A stretch of 64,000 nucleotides of DNA from Gemmatimonadota bacterium (GCA_025357945.1 JANYLJ010000055.1:775-64774), one strand, 5' to 3'. Positions 44,308 through 53,516 are shown, numbered from the stretch's first letter. Translations and numbers: made by a program. Notes: a model not told the origin generated them from the letters alone.

Positions 44308-45903
44308 ATGTCGTGCGCGTCCCAATTACCAACCGAATCGCGAACCGAAGCCATCCCGCGCCGCCAACGGGTCGTCGCTGCCGCCGCGTTCGCGCTGCTG
44401 CTGGCCGCCTGCGGGACCAGCGAGATCATCTACCGCGACCGGCTACCGTTCAACGCAGCGCCCGATGCCGTGAGCGGATTGCTCGGCTACTATACGGTCA
44501 ACACCAAGCAGACGACCTGCGGCAACTGTCACGCCGGACATCAGGCGGACTGGTCGTCGACCAAGCACGCTGGCGCGTTCCAGACTCTCGCGGCCAGCGG
44601 ACACGCCACAGCGGCGTGCTACGCCTGCCATACGGTGAATGAGCGTGGCAACGGCCTGGCGGCGCCCGCGGGGTGGAACGCCAAGGCCGACTCGGCGTAC
44701 CAGGACGTCCAGTGCGAGAGCTGCCACGGGCCGGGCACCAAGCACGTTGCCCTCCCGGATACCCGCGCCAACTGGCCGCTGGCGCGCCTGACCCTCACCA
44801 ACGCCAGCAAGAGTTGCGCATCGTGCCACACCGGCACGCACACGCCGTTCGCCGAACAGTGGGCCGCCTCCGGTCACGCGCTGATCATCACCGATGCGGT
44901 CAACAACAGCAACGCGGCATGCAAGAACTGCCACGACGGCAAGACGGTGCTCAAGGCGTGGGGCGTCACCACCAACTATCAGGAACGCGACTCGACTGGC
45001 TTTTCGGCGACCACCTGCGCCGTCTGCCACAATCCGCATGGCTCCACCAACGACCACCAGCTCCGGTTCCCGATCAACACGCCGGATCCGGACCAGAACC
45101 TTTGCATGAAGTGCCACCTGCGCCGGGGTGAACCGGTGGCTGGCGGGTACGGGACCTCGCCCCACGCCCCGCAGGGCTTTGTCCTCCTCGGGATCGGCGG
45201 GTATCGCCCGGCCGGGGTGACCATCGACACCTTGATCACGCTGACTACGCACGCATCGCTCGCCAATCCGAAGCTCTGCGCCGGCTGCCACGTCCAGGCC
45301 TTCGACGTGACCGATCCCGCCACCGGCAGCTTCGTCTTCCACTCGACGGGCCACCTGTTCAAGGCGATCCCTTGCTTCGACGCCGCCGGCAAGCCGACGG
45401 CCGACACCACCTGTGCCTTCTCGCCGCCGGCCCGCAGCTTCAAGTCGTGCCTGGGTTCGGGGTGTCATGCGAACGAGGCGATCGCCGCGGGCCGCCTGGC
45501 CGGGATTCGGGCCGACCTGAAGACGCTGGCCGACCAGATCTGGATCGACCTGAATCGCAACGGGGTGATCGACGCCGCGCCGACAGACGCCGGCTACCTC
45601 GCGATCATCAAGCGCGACCGGCCGACCGAGTTGTCGACCAACACCGCGGTGACCCCAGCACTCGGCGCCAAGTTCAACGTCTTCACCTTTGGTGAGGGCC
45701 GTTACGCCAATGGCGACAAATCGCGCGGCGTGCACAACCCGTTCCTCGCCCGCGCGCTTCTGGCGGCGAACATCACCGAACTGCGCACCGTCTACGCCTT
45801 GCCTGCGCCGCCGGCCCAGGTCCAGGCAGCGGTCGACAAGGCGATCGGGGACGCCCAAGCGCGTCAGCCGAAGTTCATTCGCGCAGCAGCGACCGTGAAG
45901 TAG
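44308..45903 (+). CDS. multihaem c-type cytochrome lipoprotein (8 CxxCH + 1 CxxxxCH)
   Basis: CGNCH, CYACH, CESCH, CASCH, CKNCH, CAVCH, CMKCH, CAGCH and CLGSGCH. Lipobox LLLAACG. The start is the ATG at 44308, after AGAAGGGGG. Confidence 0.85.
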   Translation: MSCASQLPTESRTEAIPRRQRVVAAAAFALLLAACGTSEIIYRDRLPFNAAPDAVSGLLGYYTVNTKQTTCGNCHAGHQADWSSTKHAGAFQTLAASGHATAACYACHTVNERGNGLAAPAGWNAKADSAYQDVQCESCHGPGTKHVALPDTRANWPLARLTLTNASKSCASCHTGTHTPFAEQWAASGHALIITDAVNNSNAACKNCHDGKTVLKAWGVTTNYQERDSTGFSATTCAVCHNPHGSTNDHQLRFPINTPDPDQNLCMKCHLRRGEPVAGGYGTSPHAPQGFVLLGIGGYRPAGVTIDTLITLTTHASLANPKLCAGCHVQAFDVTDPATGSFVFHSTGHLFKAIPCFDAAGKPTADTTCAFSPPARSFKSCLGSGCHANEAIAAGRLAGIRADLKTLADQIWIDLNRNGVIDAAPTDAGYLAIIKRDRPTELSTNTAVTPALGAKFNVFTFGEGRYANGDKSRGVHNPFLARALLAANITELRTVYALPAPPAQVQAAVDKAIGDAQARQPKFIRAAATVK

Positions 45904-45913
45904 GTTCTCCAGG

Positions 45914-47923
45914 GTGACTGGCCCCCTGATCGCCCAGGTCGCTCAGCAACCCCCCGGTGCCACCAAGGCAACGGGGGATTCGCTGTTGCATGGGCTGGAT
46001 ACCCTCGCTGGCGCCGCAACGAGTCTTCGCGACACGCTATCCCAGGCGCCGCTGCCCCGCGGTGTTGCGACCTTCGTGCGCTTCCTGTTTCAGGTGCCAC
46101 AATGGCTACAGAAAGCGGGAGTGGTAGTCGCAGCGATCGTGGCGCTGGCCATCGTCATCACCCTCTGGCGCCGGCGGATCGCGCTGTGGACCTGGTTGCG
46201 GACACGCACCAATTACCTGAAGCTCGTCCTGGGGGGTGCCGCCGTGTTCGTCCTGGCGGTGGTCCTGTTCGGCGGGATGACGAGTTGGAACTACATGCAG
46301 CGCGACAACGGCTTCTGCACCGGCTGCCACATCATGGAACGGCCGTTCCAGCGGTTCAACGCCGGTGCCGGCAAGCATGAAGAGCTCAAGTGCCACGACT
46401 GCCACCAGCAGTCGATCTGGGCGAGCACGCGGCAGCTGGTGCTCTGGGTAGCCGACCGCCCGGAAAAGATCGGTGTGCATGCCCCGGTCCCGAACGGTCG
46501 CTGCGAATCGTGCCATCAACTCGCGGGCGGGCGCAAGCCGTGGCAGCACGCGCTCTTCCTTGCCGGCCACAAGCTGCACTTCGAATCGGACTCGACGCCG
46601 TTGCAGCACCTGTCGTGCGCCAAATGTCATGGTGCCGAGATCCACCGCTTCGTTCCCTCCGCGGGAGCGTGCCAGCAAAGCGGCTGCCATGAAAATCAGA
46701 AGGTCCGCCTTGTGGCGATGGCGAAGCTACCCGAAATCAAGTGCGTCACCTGCCACGCATTCACCGCCGATCTTCCGGCGCTGGCGAGCCGCGATTCCGC
46801 AGTGCGCGCGCTGGTCCCGTCTCAGCGCCAGTGCTTCAGTTGCCATGGTATGAAGGGCAAGCCATCCGGTTACATCGCCGAAAGGGACCCGCACAACGGA
46901 TCGTGCGGCTCCTGCCATGATGTGCACAAGGACTCGCTGCCCACCGACGCACGCGCACGATGCACGGCGTGTCACAAGAATCCTGCTCGCAGCGCGTTTC
47001 ACACCGGCGCCAACCACAAGCGCGTCCAGGCGCAGTGCCTGCTTTGTCACCAGCCGCACGCCTCGTCGGTCGATGCCTCCGATTGCGTCACGTGTCACAC
47101 GGCGGTGCAGAAGCGCGGACGGTTCCGTCCGCCGCTCCCGTTTGACACCAACGCGGTGCTCCGCCGCCGCATCGGCGGTGCCGCGACGCCATCACCGCTT
47201 CATCAGGAGGATGAGCCGGTGTCGGATCATCGCGGCAAGGGCGATGCGTTGCCGGAGGACCCGCCGCCACCGCGAACGCCTCCCGGTCCCGTTGCCAGCC
47301 TTCCCGCAGACTCCTTTCCCCACAGCCGTCACACGTCGCTTCCCTGCCTCACCTGTCATGCCGTGAACACGTCGCGGCGCTTGGTATTCGAGGCACCCCG
47401 CGGATGTGACCTCTGCCATCATCAGTCGTTGATTGCCGGCACCGTGAGTGCGGCCGACTGCACCCGGTGTCACGATGCTGCGAAGCTGGCGACACCTCGA
47501 CCGATGAAGGTGCAAGTGAGTCGGCCAAGAAACCGTCCACTCGCGCGGCCGATCGCGTTCCGTCACGACGTCCATCGAGCAACGTCATGCGGTACCTGCC
47601 ACCAGGCGCCGAACACCGCCCCACCTGACAGTGTGCGTACCTGTCAGGCGTGTCATGATCAGCACCACACGGCACAGCGGACCTGTCTGGCGTGCCACAG
47701 TCGAGCCGAGACGCCCGCGGCACATTCACGCGCGACCCACGTCGGTTGCGATGAGTGTCACACGCCGTCGCGGATCGCTGAGCTGACACCGAGCCGGACG
47801 TTCTGCATCACGTGCCACGCTGCGCAGCAGGCGCACCAGCCGGCGCGCGAGTGCACGACCTGTCATTTCCTCGCGACGCCGGAGCAATTCCGGCCTCGCC
47901 TGATCAAGGCTGGCACTGGATGA
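45914..47923 (+). CDS. membrane-anchored multihaem cytochrome, NapC/NirT/NrfH-like N-terminus plus long haem array (19 CxxCH + 1 CxxxxCH)
   Basis: LVLGGAAVFVLAVVLFGGMTSWNYMQRDNGFCTGCHIMERP is the NapC/NrfH-type anchor and first haem. Twenty haem motifs were counted. The true start is uncertain (see finding). Confidence 0.8.
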   Translation: MTGPLIAQVAQQPPGATKATGDSLLHGLDTLAGAATSLRDTLSQAPLPRGVATFVRFLFQVPQWLQKAGVVVAAIVALAIVITLWRRRIALWTWLRTRTNYLKLVLGGAAVFVLAVVLFGGMTSWNYMQRDNGFCTGCHIMERPFQRFNAGAGKHEELKCHDCHQQSIWASTRQLVLWVADRPEKIGVHAPVPNGRCESCHQLAGGRKPWQHALFLAGHKLHFESDSTPLQHLSCAKCHGAEIHRFVPSAGACQQSGCHENQKVRLVAMAKLPEIKCVTCHAFTADLPALASRDSAVRALVPSQRQCFSCHGMKGKPSGYIAERDPHNGSCGSCHDVHKDSLPTDARARCTACHKNPARSAFHTGANHKRVQAQCLLCHQPHASSVDASDCVTCHTAVQKRGRFRPPLPFDTNAVLRRRIGGAATPSPLHQEDEPVSDHRGKGDALPEDPPPPRTPPGPVASLPADSFPHSRHTSLPCLTCHAVNTSRRLVFEAPRGCDLCHHQSLIAGTVSAADCTRCHDAAKLATPRPMKVQVSRPRNRPLARPIAFRHDVHRATSCGTCHQAPNTAPPDSVRTCQACHDQHHTAQRTCLACHSRAETPAAHSRATHVGCDECHTPSRIAELTPSRTFCITCHAAQQAHQPARECTTCHFLATPEQFRPRLIKAGTG

Positions 47924-49416
47924 GGCGTACCGGGCGAGCCCTTCTGATCGCCGGCGCGGCGTCGCTGGCGGCCGTGCGAGTTCCGGCGCAGTCGTGGCGG
48001 CTGCGCGTCGACGCCGCGGCGCAGCGGGTCGAGTTTCGCGGCGTCACCGCCGACAGCGTCCGCGAAGCCGCCGTGCGCGTCGGCGCTTCTGGTGGATTGG
48101 AGAGCCCGGACGGGTTCGCTGTCGATTGCGTCGGCGACGGGTTCTGCCGGTTCTTTCGCCCAGGGGCGGTTCGTGCCGGCTTGCCAACCAGCGCCGGTGT
48201 GGACCTGACGCTCTGGGGACTCGGGCTACCAGGATTGAGCGTGCGGGTCAACGCGCGCGCCCTCACCGACCTGACCGGTGACCGGGTCTGGCCCGGGACG
48301 TCGCCGCCGCTCCGCCTCGTCGAAGGCTACGCGGAATACTTGCGCGACGGCCTGACGGTGCAGGCCGGCCGGATGATCGAGCGAGGGCGCTTGGCGAGCA
48401 CGGGAACCAGCGGACTCGACGGCGCACGTACGATGTGGCGGTCTGATCGTACCGGCATCGAAGTCGGTGGCTACGCCGGCTGGGGCATGGCGCGTGGCAC
48501 CATCCTGTCGGTCACCAGCCCAGCGGTCGATCCACTCGCCGACTATCAGCCTGCCACCCGCCAGATCGTCGTGGGTGCGCTCGCCGGCGCGCACTTGCGA
48601 GCGGTTGACGTGCAGGCCGAGTACCGGCGCGAGCTGGATCCGGTCACCGACTATATCGTCGCTGAGCGCGCCGCCGTGAGCGTACAGGCGACGCCTGAAC
48701 GGCGGGTCCGATTCGTGGCCGGCGCTGATTACGACCTCGCCCAGGGGGCGTGGGGCAGCGCCGAGGCATCGGCCAGCTACATCGGAGCGCATGTGTCGGG
48801 CAGCATCACCGCACGGCACTATCGCCCGTTCTTCGACCTGTGGACGGTGTGGGGCGTCTTCAGCCCGGTGCCGTTCAACGGAGTCGGCGGTTCGATCAGC
48901 GTGAATCCGACGGCGAAGCTGCAAGTCCGCTCGCGGGCGGAATGGTTCCGCTATGACGCGGCCGATGTCAGCACGCCCACCGTCATCCTGAAAGACCGGG
49001 GTTGGCGCTGGGCGCTGGAGGGTACGCTCTCGCCAGCGGAACGATGGACGCTGGAACTCGACACGCACGGCGAGCTGCTGCCCGGCGCCTCGTCGAGCGG
49101 CATTGATGGCCGGGTCACCTGGCGTCCGCAGCCGGCGCTCGACCTTTCGCTCAACGGCGGCAACCTCGCACGACCCTTGGAACTGCGCTTCCAGGATGCC
49201 GGTGTGACCTACGCTGGCGCCTCGGCCGCCTACCGTGTTGGCGAGCGGTGGCGACTCGACGTGGCGGTCGACCGATATTGGGAATCGCGGGACCGGCCGG
49301 ACGCGGCTGCGTTCGACTGGAACCAGTGGCGCCTGAGCGCGCGCGCGTCGCTCACCCTCCGCTCAGTGGCTGATCGCTGGCTCCCCCCGGCGCGGCCGCA
49401 GGTGCCGTCGCCGTGA
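47920..49416 (+). CDS. putative outer-membrane beta-barrel protein embedded in the cytochrome operon
   Basis: Signal peptide MRRTGRALLIAGAASLAAVRVPAQS followed by about 20 alternating-polarity strands rich in G/Y/R/D turns. ATGA overlap upstream and GTGA overlap downstream. Confidence 0.6.
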   Translation: MRRTGRALLIAGAASLAAVRVPAQSWRLRVDAAAQRVEFRGVTADSVREAAVRVGASGGLESPDGFAVDCVGDGFCRFFRPGAVRAGLPTSAGVDLTLWGLGLPGLSVRVNARALTDLTGDRVWPGTSPPLRLVEGYAEYLRDGLTVQAGRMIERGRLASTGTSGLDGARTMWRSDRTGIEVGGYAGWGMARGTILSVTSPAVDPLADYQPATRQIVVGALAGAHLRAVDVQAEYRRELDPVTDYIVAERAAVSVQATPERRVRFVAGADYDLAQGAWGSAEASASYIGAHVSGSITARHYRPFFDLWTVWGVFSPVPFNGVGGSISVNPTAKLQVRSRAEWFRYDAADVSTPTVILKDRGWRWALEGTLSPAERWTLELDTHGELLPGASSSGIDGRVTWRPQPALDLSLNGGNLARPLELRFQDAGVTYAGASAAYRVGERWRLDVAVDRYWESRDRPDAAAFDWNQWRLSARASLTLRSVADRWLPPARPQVPSP

Positions 49417-50873
49417 TCGCGTGGCGCGCCCGCGCGGTCCCGGTGCTCGCCGCGTCACTCCTTGTTGCAGCATGGGGGAGGTGGGCGCGCCAGCAGCCGG
49501 CACCGTTCCCGCACGCGGCTCACGCGAAGGTGTTCGTCAGCTGTACCACCTGCCACGCCGGTGTGGAACAGCCGGGCGCCGCGCTCTTTCCGTCTACTGC
49601 CGGGTGCACTTCGTGTCACGATGGCACAACGGCCAAACGGGTTACCTGGCAACCGCGCAACGGCCCGCGCATCTCGAACCTGCGGTTTGATCACACGCAT
49701 CACGCCGCCCGGCTGGCGCAACGCGGCGATTCCGGCACCTGTGCTGATTGTCACGCCGACCGCGGCGCCACCTGGATGCAGGTCCGCCCACCAGAGGCGC
49801 CGCAGTGCGTGACGTGCCATACCACCGGCCGCGGCAGGCACCTGACGCTGGCCGATACCGCCTGCGCGACCTGTCACCTGCCGCTGGCACGCGCGGTGAC
49901 GCTGCCCACCGCGCGGATCGCCAAGTTCCCCGCACCGCCAACCCACCAGGCGCCGGGATTCCTGGCGGCCGCAGGCCACGGCGCCCAGGCGCGACACACG
50001 ACCGGGGGCGCCCGCGTGGCACAGAGCTGCGCCACCTGCCACGCCCGGGAGTTCTGCGCCGCGTGCCACGTGGACGCCCCGGAGCTGACGGTGATTCAGG
50101 CGCTCGAACCCGACACCCGGTCGCTGGCATTGCGGCACGTGCTGAAGGCGCCGGCGACGCACACCGTGAAGGACTTCGAATCGCGACATGGTACCCTCGC
50201 CGGCCGCAACGGAGCGAGCTGCCGCAGTTGTCACACGCAGGAAAGCTGCCTCACCTGTCACCGGGTGGAGGCGCCAGCCGCGGTGCGAGCCCTCTATCAT
50301 GCCGGCCCGGGACGTGCCCCGGGTGGCCAGACTGCGCTCCGGAAACCTGCGAGTCATACCGCCGGTTGGAAGACGCAACATGGACCGGCTGCTGCGGCGG
50401 CGATGCGGACCTGCACGAGCTGCCATGCTCGCGTCGAATGCCTCATTTGTCACCAGCCTGATCCGGCGCGCCGCGGCAGCTATCACCCCGCCGCGTATCT
50501 CACCCGGCATCCTGCCGACGCGTACACTCGGTCGAGTTCGTGCACCGACTGCCACAATACGGGCGAATTCTGCCAGACCTGCCACAAGCAGGGCGGCCTC
50601 GCCGCTCGACGCACGCTGATTGGTGCGGCCGGGTATCACGATGGCAATCGGCAGTTCTTCCTCGGCCACGGGCAGGCGGCACGACAGGCGCTGGAAAGCT
50701 GCGTCTCATGTCACGTCGAGCGTGACTGTCTCACCTGTCATTCGGTGGTCAAAGGGCGTTCGTTCAACCCCCACGGTCCCGGGTTCGACCCGGAGCGGAT
50801 GCTGCGAAAGAACCCGCAGCTCTGCACCGCGTGCCACGGCACCGCGATTCCGCGGCGGCGCGCTGCGCCGTGA
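49413..50873 (+). CDS. secreted multihaem c-type cytochrome (16 CxxCH, several closely paired)
   Basis: Signal peptide MIAWRARAVPVLAASLLVAAWG. Sixteen CxxCH motifs include pairs such as CATCHAREFCAACH, CRSCHTQESCLTCH and CVSCHVERDCLTCH. Confidence 0.85.
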   Translation: MIAWRARAVPVLAASLLVAAWGRWARQQPAPFPHAAHAKVFVSCTTCHAGVEQPGAALFPSTAGCTSCHDGTTAKRVTWQPRNGPRISNLRFDHTHHAARLAQRGDSGTCADCHADRGATWMQVRPPEAPQCVTCHTTGRGRHLTLADTACATCHLPLARAVTLPTARIAKFPAPPTHQAPGFLAAAGHGAQARHTTGGARVAQSCATCHAREFCAACHVDAPELTVIQALEPDTRSLALRHVLKAPATHTVKDFESRHGTLAGRNGASCRSCHTQESCLTCHRVEAPAAVRALYHAGPGRAPGGQTALRKPASHTAGWKTQHGPAAAAAMRTCTSCHARVECLICHQPDPARRGSYHPAAYLTRHPADAYTRSSSCTDCHNTGEFCQTCHKQGGLAARRTLIGAAGYHDGNRQFFLGHGQAARQALESCVSCHVERDCLTCHSVVKGRSFNPHGPGFDPERMLRKNPQLCTACHGTAIPRRRAAP

Positions 50874-50886
50874 GCGAGCGCCAGCC

Positions 50887-51693
50887 TCAGGGAGCCGAAG
50901 CGGCGTCCCGGAACTTCTCCAGCATCGCGCGGTGCTGGGCGTATTCGGGCCGGTTCGTCCGGGCCATCTCCACGGCGAAGTTGGCACGGAACGCCTTGCT
51001 TGCTGCGCGCGCGCCCACCAAGTCGCCCTGCGCCTGCGCGACGCTGGCCCGGAGGTAGTAGCCGAAGAGATGGTCTGGTGACGCCGCCATGATCGTGTCG
51101 GCCAGTGCCTTGACCTCCGGATACTGCGCCGCGAACAGGTGCAGCCAACCCATATGAAACCGGGCGTCCGCGTCACGATCGGCCGCCAGCAGATTCTGGT
51201 ACGCGCCTGACGCCATCGGCCAGAAGCGCGTGACCATCGCGGTGTCGCCGCGCTCGGCCGCCGCCGTCACGCGGTCGACGAGCCGGCTGAACTGTTCCTT
51301 CGGTGTCATGTTCGAGATGTCCGGCGCGACCGTGCCACCGGCACCAGCGTTTCCGGCGTTCGCCATCGCCGGTGCGGTCACCTCCCCACGGCGGTTCGCC
51401 GAATAGACCACCGCGGTGATCGCAATGACCGCGAGCACACCGGCCACGATCCAGGGTACGCGTTGCCCCGACACTGACGTGATGCCGGTCGCGGCATGAC
51501 TCGCCGATGCCGAAGTGGATGTGGGCAACGTGCTCGACGCACCGCACTTGTGGCAGAACTTCGCGCCGGCGGAGAGCACCGCGCCGCAGGAGGCACAAGG
51601 ATGTTCGCCCAGCGGCGCACCGCACGTCGCGCAGAAATTGCCGTTCGCAGGCGCACCGCAGCGGGGACATGCCTTCGCGGAGTCGGTGGCCAC
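50887..51693 (-). CDS. double zinc-ribbon membrane protein with helical-repeat C-terminal domain
   Basis: CPRCGAPANGNFCATCGAPLGEHPCASCGAVLSAGAKFCHKCG, then one TM segment (VPWIVAGVLAVIAITAVVY), then a TPR-like helical region. Confidence 0.65.
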   Translation of the reverse strand: MATDSAKACPRCGAPANGNFCATCGAPLGEHPCASCGAVLSAGAKFCHKCGASSTLPTSTSASASHAATGITSVSGQRVPWIVAGVLAVIAITAVVYSANRRGEVTAPAMANAGNAGAGGTVAPDISNMTPKEQFSRLVDRVTAAAERGDTAMVTRFWPMASGAYQNLLAADRDADARFHMGWLHLFAAQYPEVKALADTIMAASPDHLFGYYLRASVAQAQGDLVGARAASKAFRANFAVEMARTNRPEYAQHRAMLEKFRDAASAP

Positions 51694-51700
51694 GCTCGCC

Positions 51701-52744
51701 TCAGGCCGTCACGATCAACGCGGTGACCATGCCGAACATCCCGGTCATGCTTTCGGCATGCTGGAGGATGTGGCAGTGGAACGCCCAGGTGCCGGGATTG
51801 TTGGCCTTGACCAGAACGTCCCAGCGCTCCCCAGGTGCGATGTTGAGCGTGTCGCACTGCCACGGCGCCGGCTGGTCCCAACCATCCTTGGCGATCACGG
51901 TCATGTGCATTCCGTGCAGGTGCATCGGGTGGATCATCATCCCCTCATTCATGAAACGGATCCGCACCGTCTGGCCAAGTTTCGCAACGAGCGGCTCGGT
52001 GGCCGGGAAGCTCTTGCCGTTCAAGGTATACCCGTGCACGCCGTCGTTGAGGATCATCAGCGCGTCCACATCGGCGCGATGCGCCGGGTTGGCAGCCTTC
52101 GGTTCCACGATGAACGCACCGAGGAGTCCCTTGCTGACCTGTTCGGCCGAGTTGTGATGGGAGTGGTACATGTGCGAGCCGGCGTTCGGGACCGTGAAGT
52201 GATACTCGAAGCTCTCGCCGGGCTTGACCGGCGGCTGGGTGATGAACGGCACGCCGTCCTGGTCGTTGGGTAACTCAAGTCCGTGAAAATGCACCGCGGT
52301 CGACTGGTTCATCCGGTTCGTCAGCCGCACCCGCACCCGGTCACCCTCCCGCACGCGGATCATCGGGCCAGGCACCATCCCGTTAAAGGCCATCGCATCC
52401 ACGTGCCTTCCGGGCTCCACCTCCCACTTGATCTCGTCCGCCGTAAGATCGAACACCTTGACACCGTTCTCCAGCCGCGGTGCGAGCAACGCGTTGCCCC
52501 GGCCGGCGGTCTTGGCCGGGAACGCCTTGATGCCCCGTTCGTGCATTGCGTCCATGGAATCGGCGCGCTGGCGCGGCGTCGGCTCGGGTGCCTTGACGCT
52601 CGCGGGTCCGGCGGCCGCAGCCACTGTCTTGTCGCACGATGCCAGCACCGTCGCCACAACCGGCAGCGACAGTGCCGCGGTAGTGCCCTGAAACAGAAAC
52701 GCGCGGCGGGAAGGCGATTCAACTACCGGAACACGGTCCGACAT
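51701..52744 (-). CDS. two-domain multicopper oxidase with Tat signal
   Basis: SRRAFLF twin-arginine motif and the four MCO copper motifs VHFHG, YHSHH, HPMHLHG and HCHILQHAESMTGM. At 347 aa it is too short for a three-domain laccase. Confidence 0.85.
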   Translation of the reverse strand: MSDRVPVVESPSRRAFLFQGTTAALSLPVVATVLASCDKTVAAAAGPASVKAPEPTPRQRADSMDAMHERGIKAFPAKTAGRGNALLAPRLENGVKVFDLTADEIKWEVEPGRHVDAMAFNGMVPGPMIRVREGDRVRVRLTNRMNQSTAVHFHGLELPNDQDGVPFITQPPVKPGESFEYHFTVPNAGSHMYHSHHNSAEQVSKGLLGAFIVEPKAANPAHRADVDALMILNDGVHGYTLNGKSFPATEPLVAKLGQTVRIRFMNEGMMIHPMHLHGMHMTVIAKDGWDQPAPWQCDTLNIAPGERWDVLVKANNPGTWAFHCHILQHAESMTGMFGMVTALIVTA

Positions 52745-52748
52745 GCAT

Positions 52749-52776
52749 CACTCCCGGGTAAAGGATCCCGGGAGTG
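52749..52776 (-). promoter_or_regulatory. 10-bp GC-rich hairpin whose 3' arm contains the multicopper oxidase Shine-Dalgarno sequence
   Basis: The mRNA reads CACUCCCGGG-AUCCUUUA-CCCGGGAGUG-AUGC-AUG. The GGGAG lies 6 nt from the start codon. Confidence 0.45.
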
Positions 52777-52832
52777 TACCCGCCGAACCGTGAAGAGTTG
52801 GTGAGGTGACGATGAAGGTTTGTTCAGGCGGG

Positions 52833-53516
52833 TCAGACCAGCGCCGGGTCACCGCCAAGCTGGTACCCCACGCCGCGGATGGTGTGGATCAGATCCATGT
52901 TCGCCGCGCGGCGCAGCTTGCGCCGCAGGTTCGCGACGTGCACGTCGACCACGTTCGTTTCCGGGTCGAACGACAGGTCCCACACCTTCTCCAGCAGTTC
53001 GGTGCGCCGGACCACTTCACCCCGGTGCAACAACAGGTGCTCCAGCAGCTGGAATTCCTTGGGCGTGAGGTCGAGCGCCTTGCCGGAGACCCGGGTCTTG
53101 TGCTTGAGGCGGTCGAGCTCGATCGGGCCGTGCGACAGCAGCTCGGTGCGCGCGGCACCACCGCGACGGACCAGCGCCCGCACCCGGGCCAGCAACTCGT
53201 CGAACTTGAACGGCTTGGCGAGATAGTCGTCCGCACCGGCGTTGAGCCCGCGCACCACATCTTCGGTGGCGTCACGAGCCGTCAGCATCAGGATTGGCGT
53301 CTGGCGGCCCTCGCGACGCAGCTCGGCGGCGATCTGCAGGCCGTTCTTCTTCGGCAGCATCAGGTCGAGCAGGATCACATCGTAATTATTGACGTGCGCC
53401 AGCATCGTCGCCTGCTCGCCGTCCGCCGCGTGATCCACGGCATATCCCTCCTCGCGCAGGCCCTGCGCGATGAAACCGGCGACCTTCCGGTCGTCCTCCA
53501 CGACGAGAATTCTCAT
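52833..53516 (-). CDS. OmpR-family response regulator
   Basis: Receiver domain (MRILVVEDD...ILLDLMLPKKNG) plus a winged-helix output domain (LTPKEFQLLEHLL...IHTIRGVGY). Confidence 0.9.
   Translation of the reverse strand: MRILVVEDDRKVAGFIAQGLREEGYAVDHAADGEQATMLAHVNNYDVILLDLMLPKKNGLQIAAELRREGRQTPILMLTARDATEDVVRGLNAGADDYLAKPFKFDELLARVRALVRRGGAARTELLSHGPIELDRLKHKTRVSGKALDLTPKEFQLLEHLLLHRGEVVRRTELLEKVWDLSFDPETNVVDVHVANLRRKLRRAANMDLIHTIRGVGYQLGGDPALV

Noticed and set aside
49739-49754. Near-match to the operator motif (TGTGCT-GATT-GTCACG) inside the 16-haem cytochrome gene
   Set aside because: It lies in coding sequence and simply encodes the haem motif C-A-D-C-H. CxxCH codons generate such near-palindromes by themselves, so coding matches must be excluded from any regulon search.
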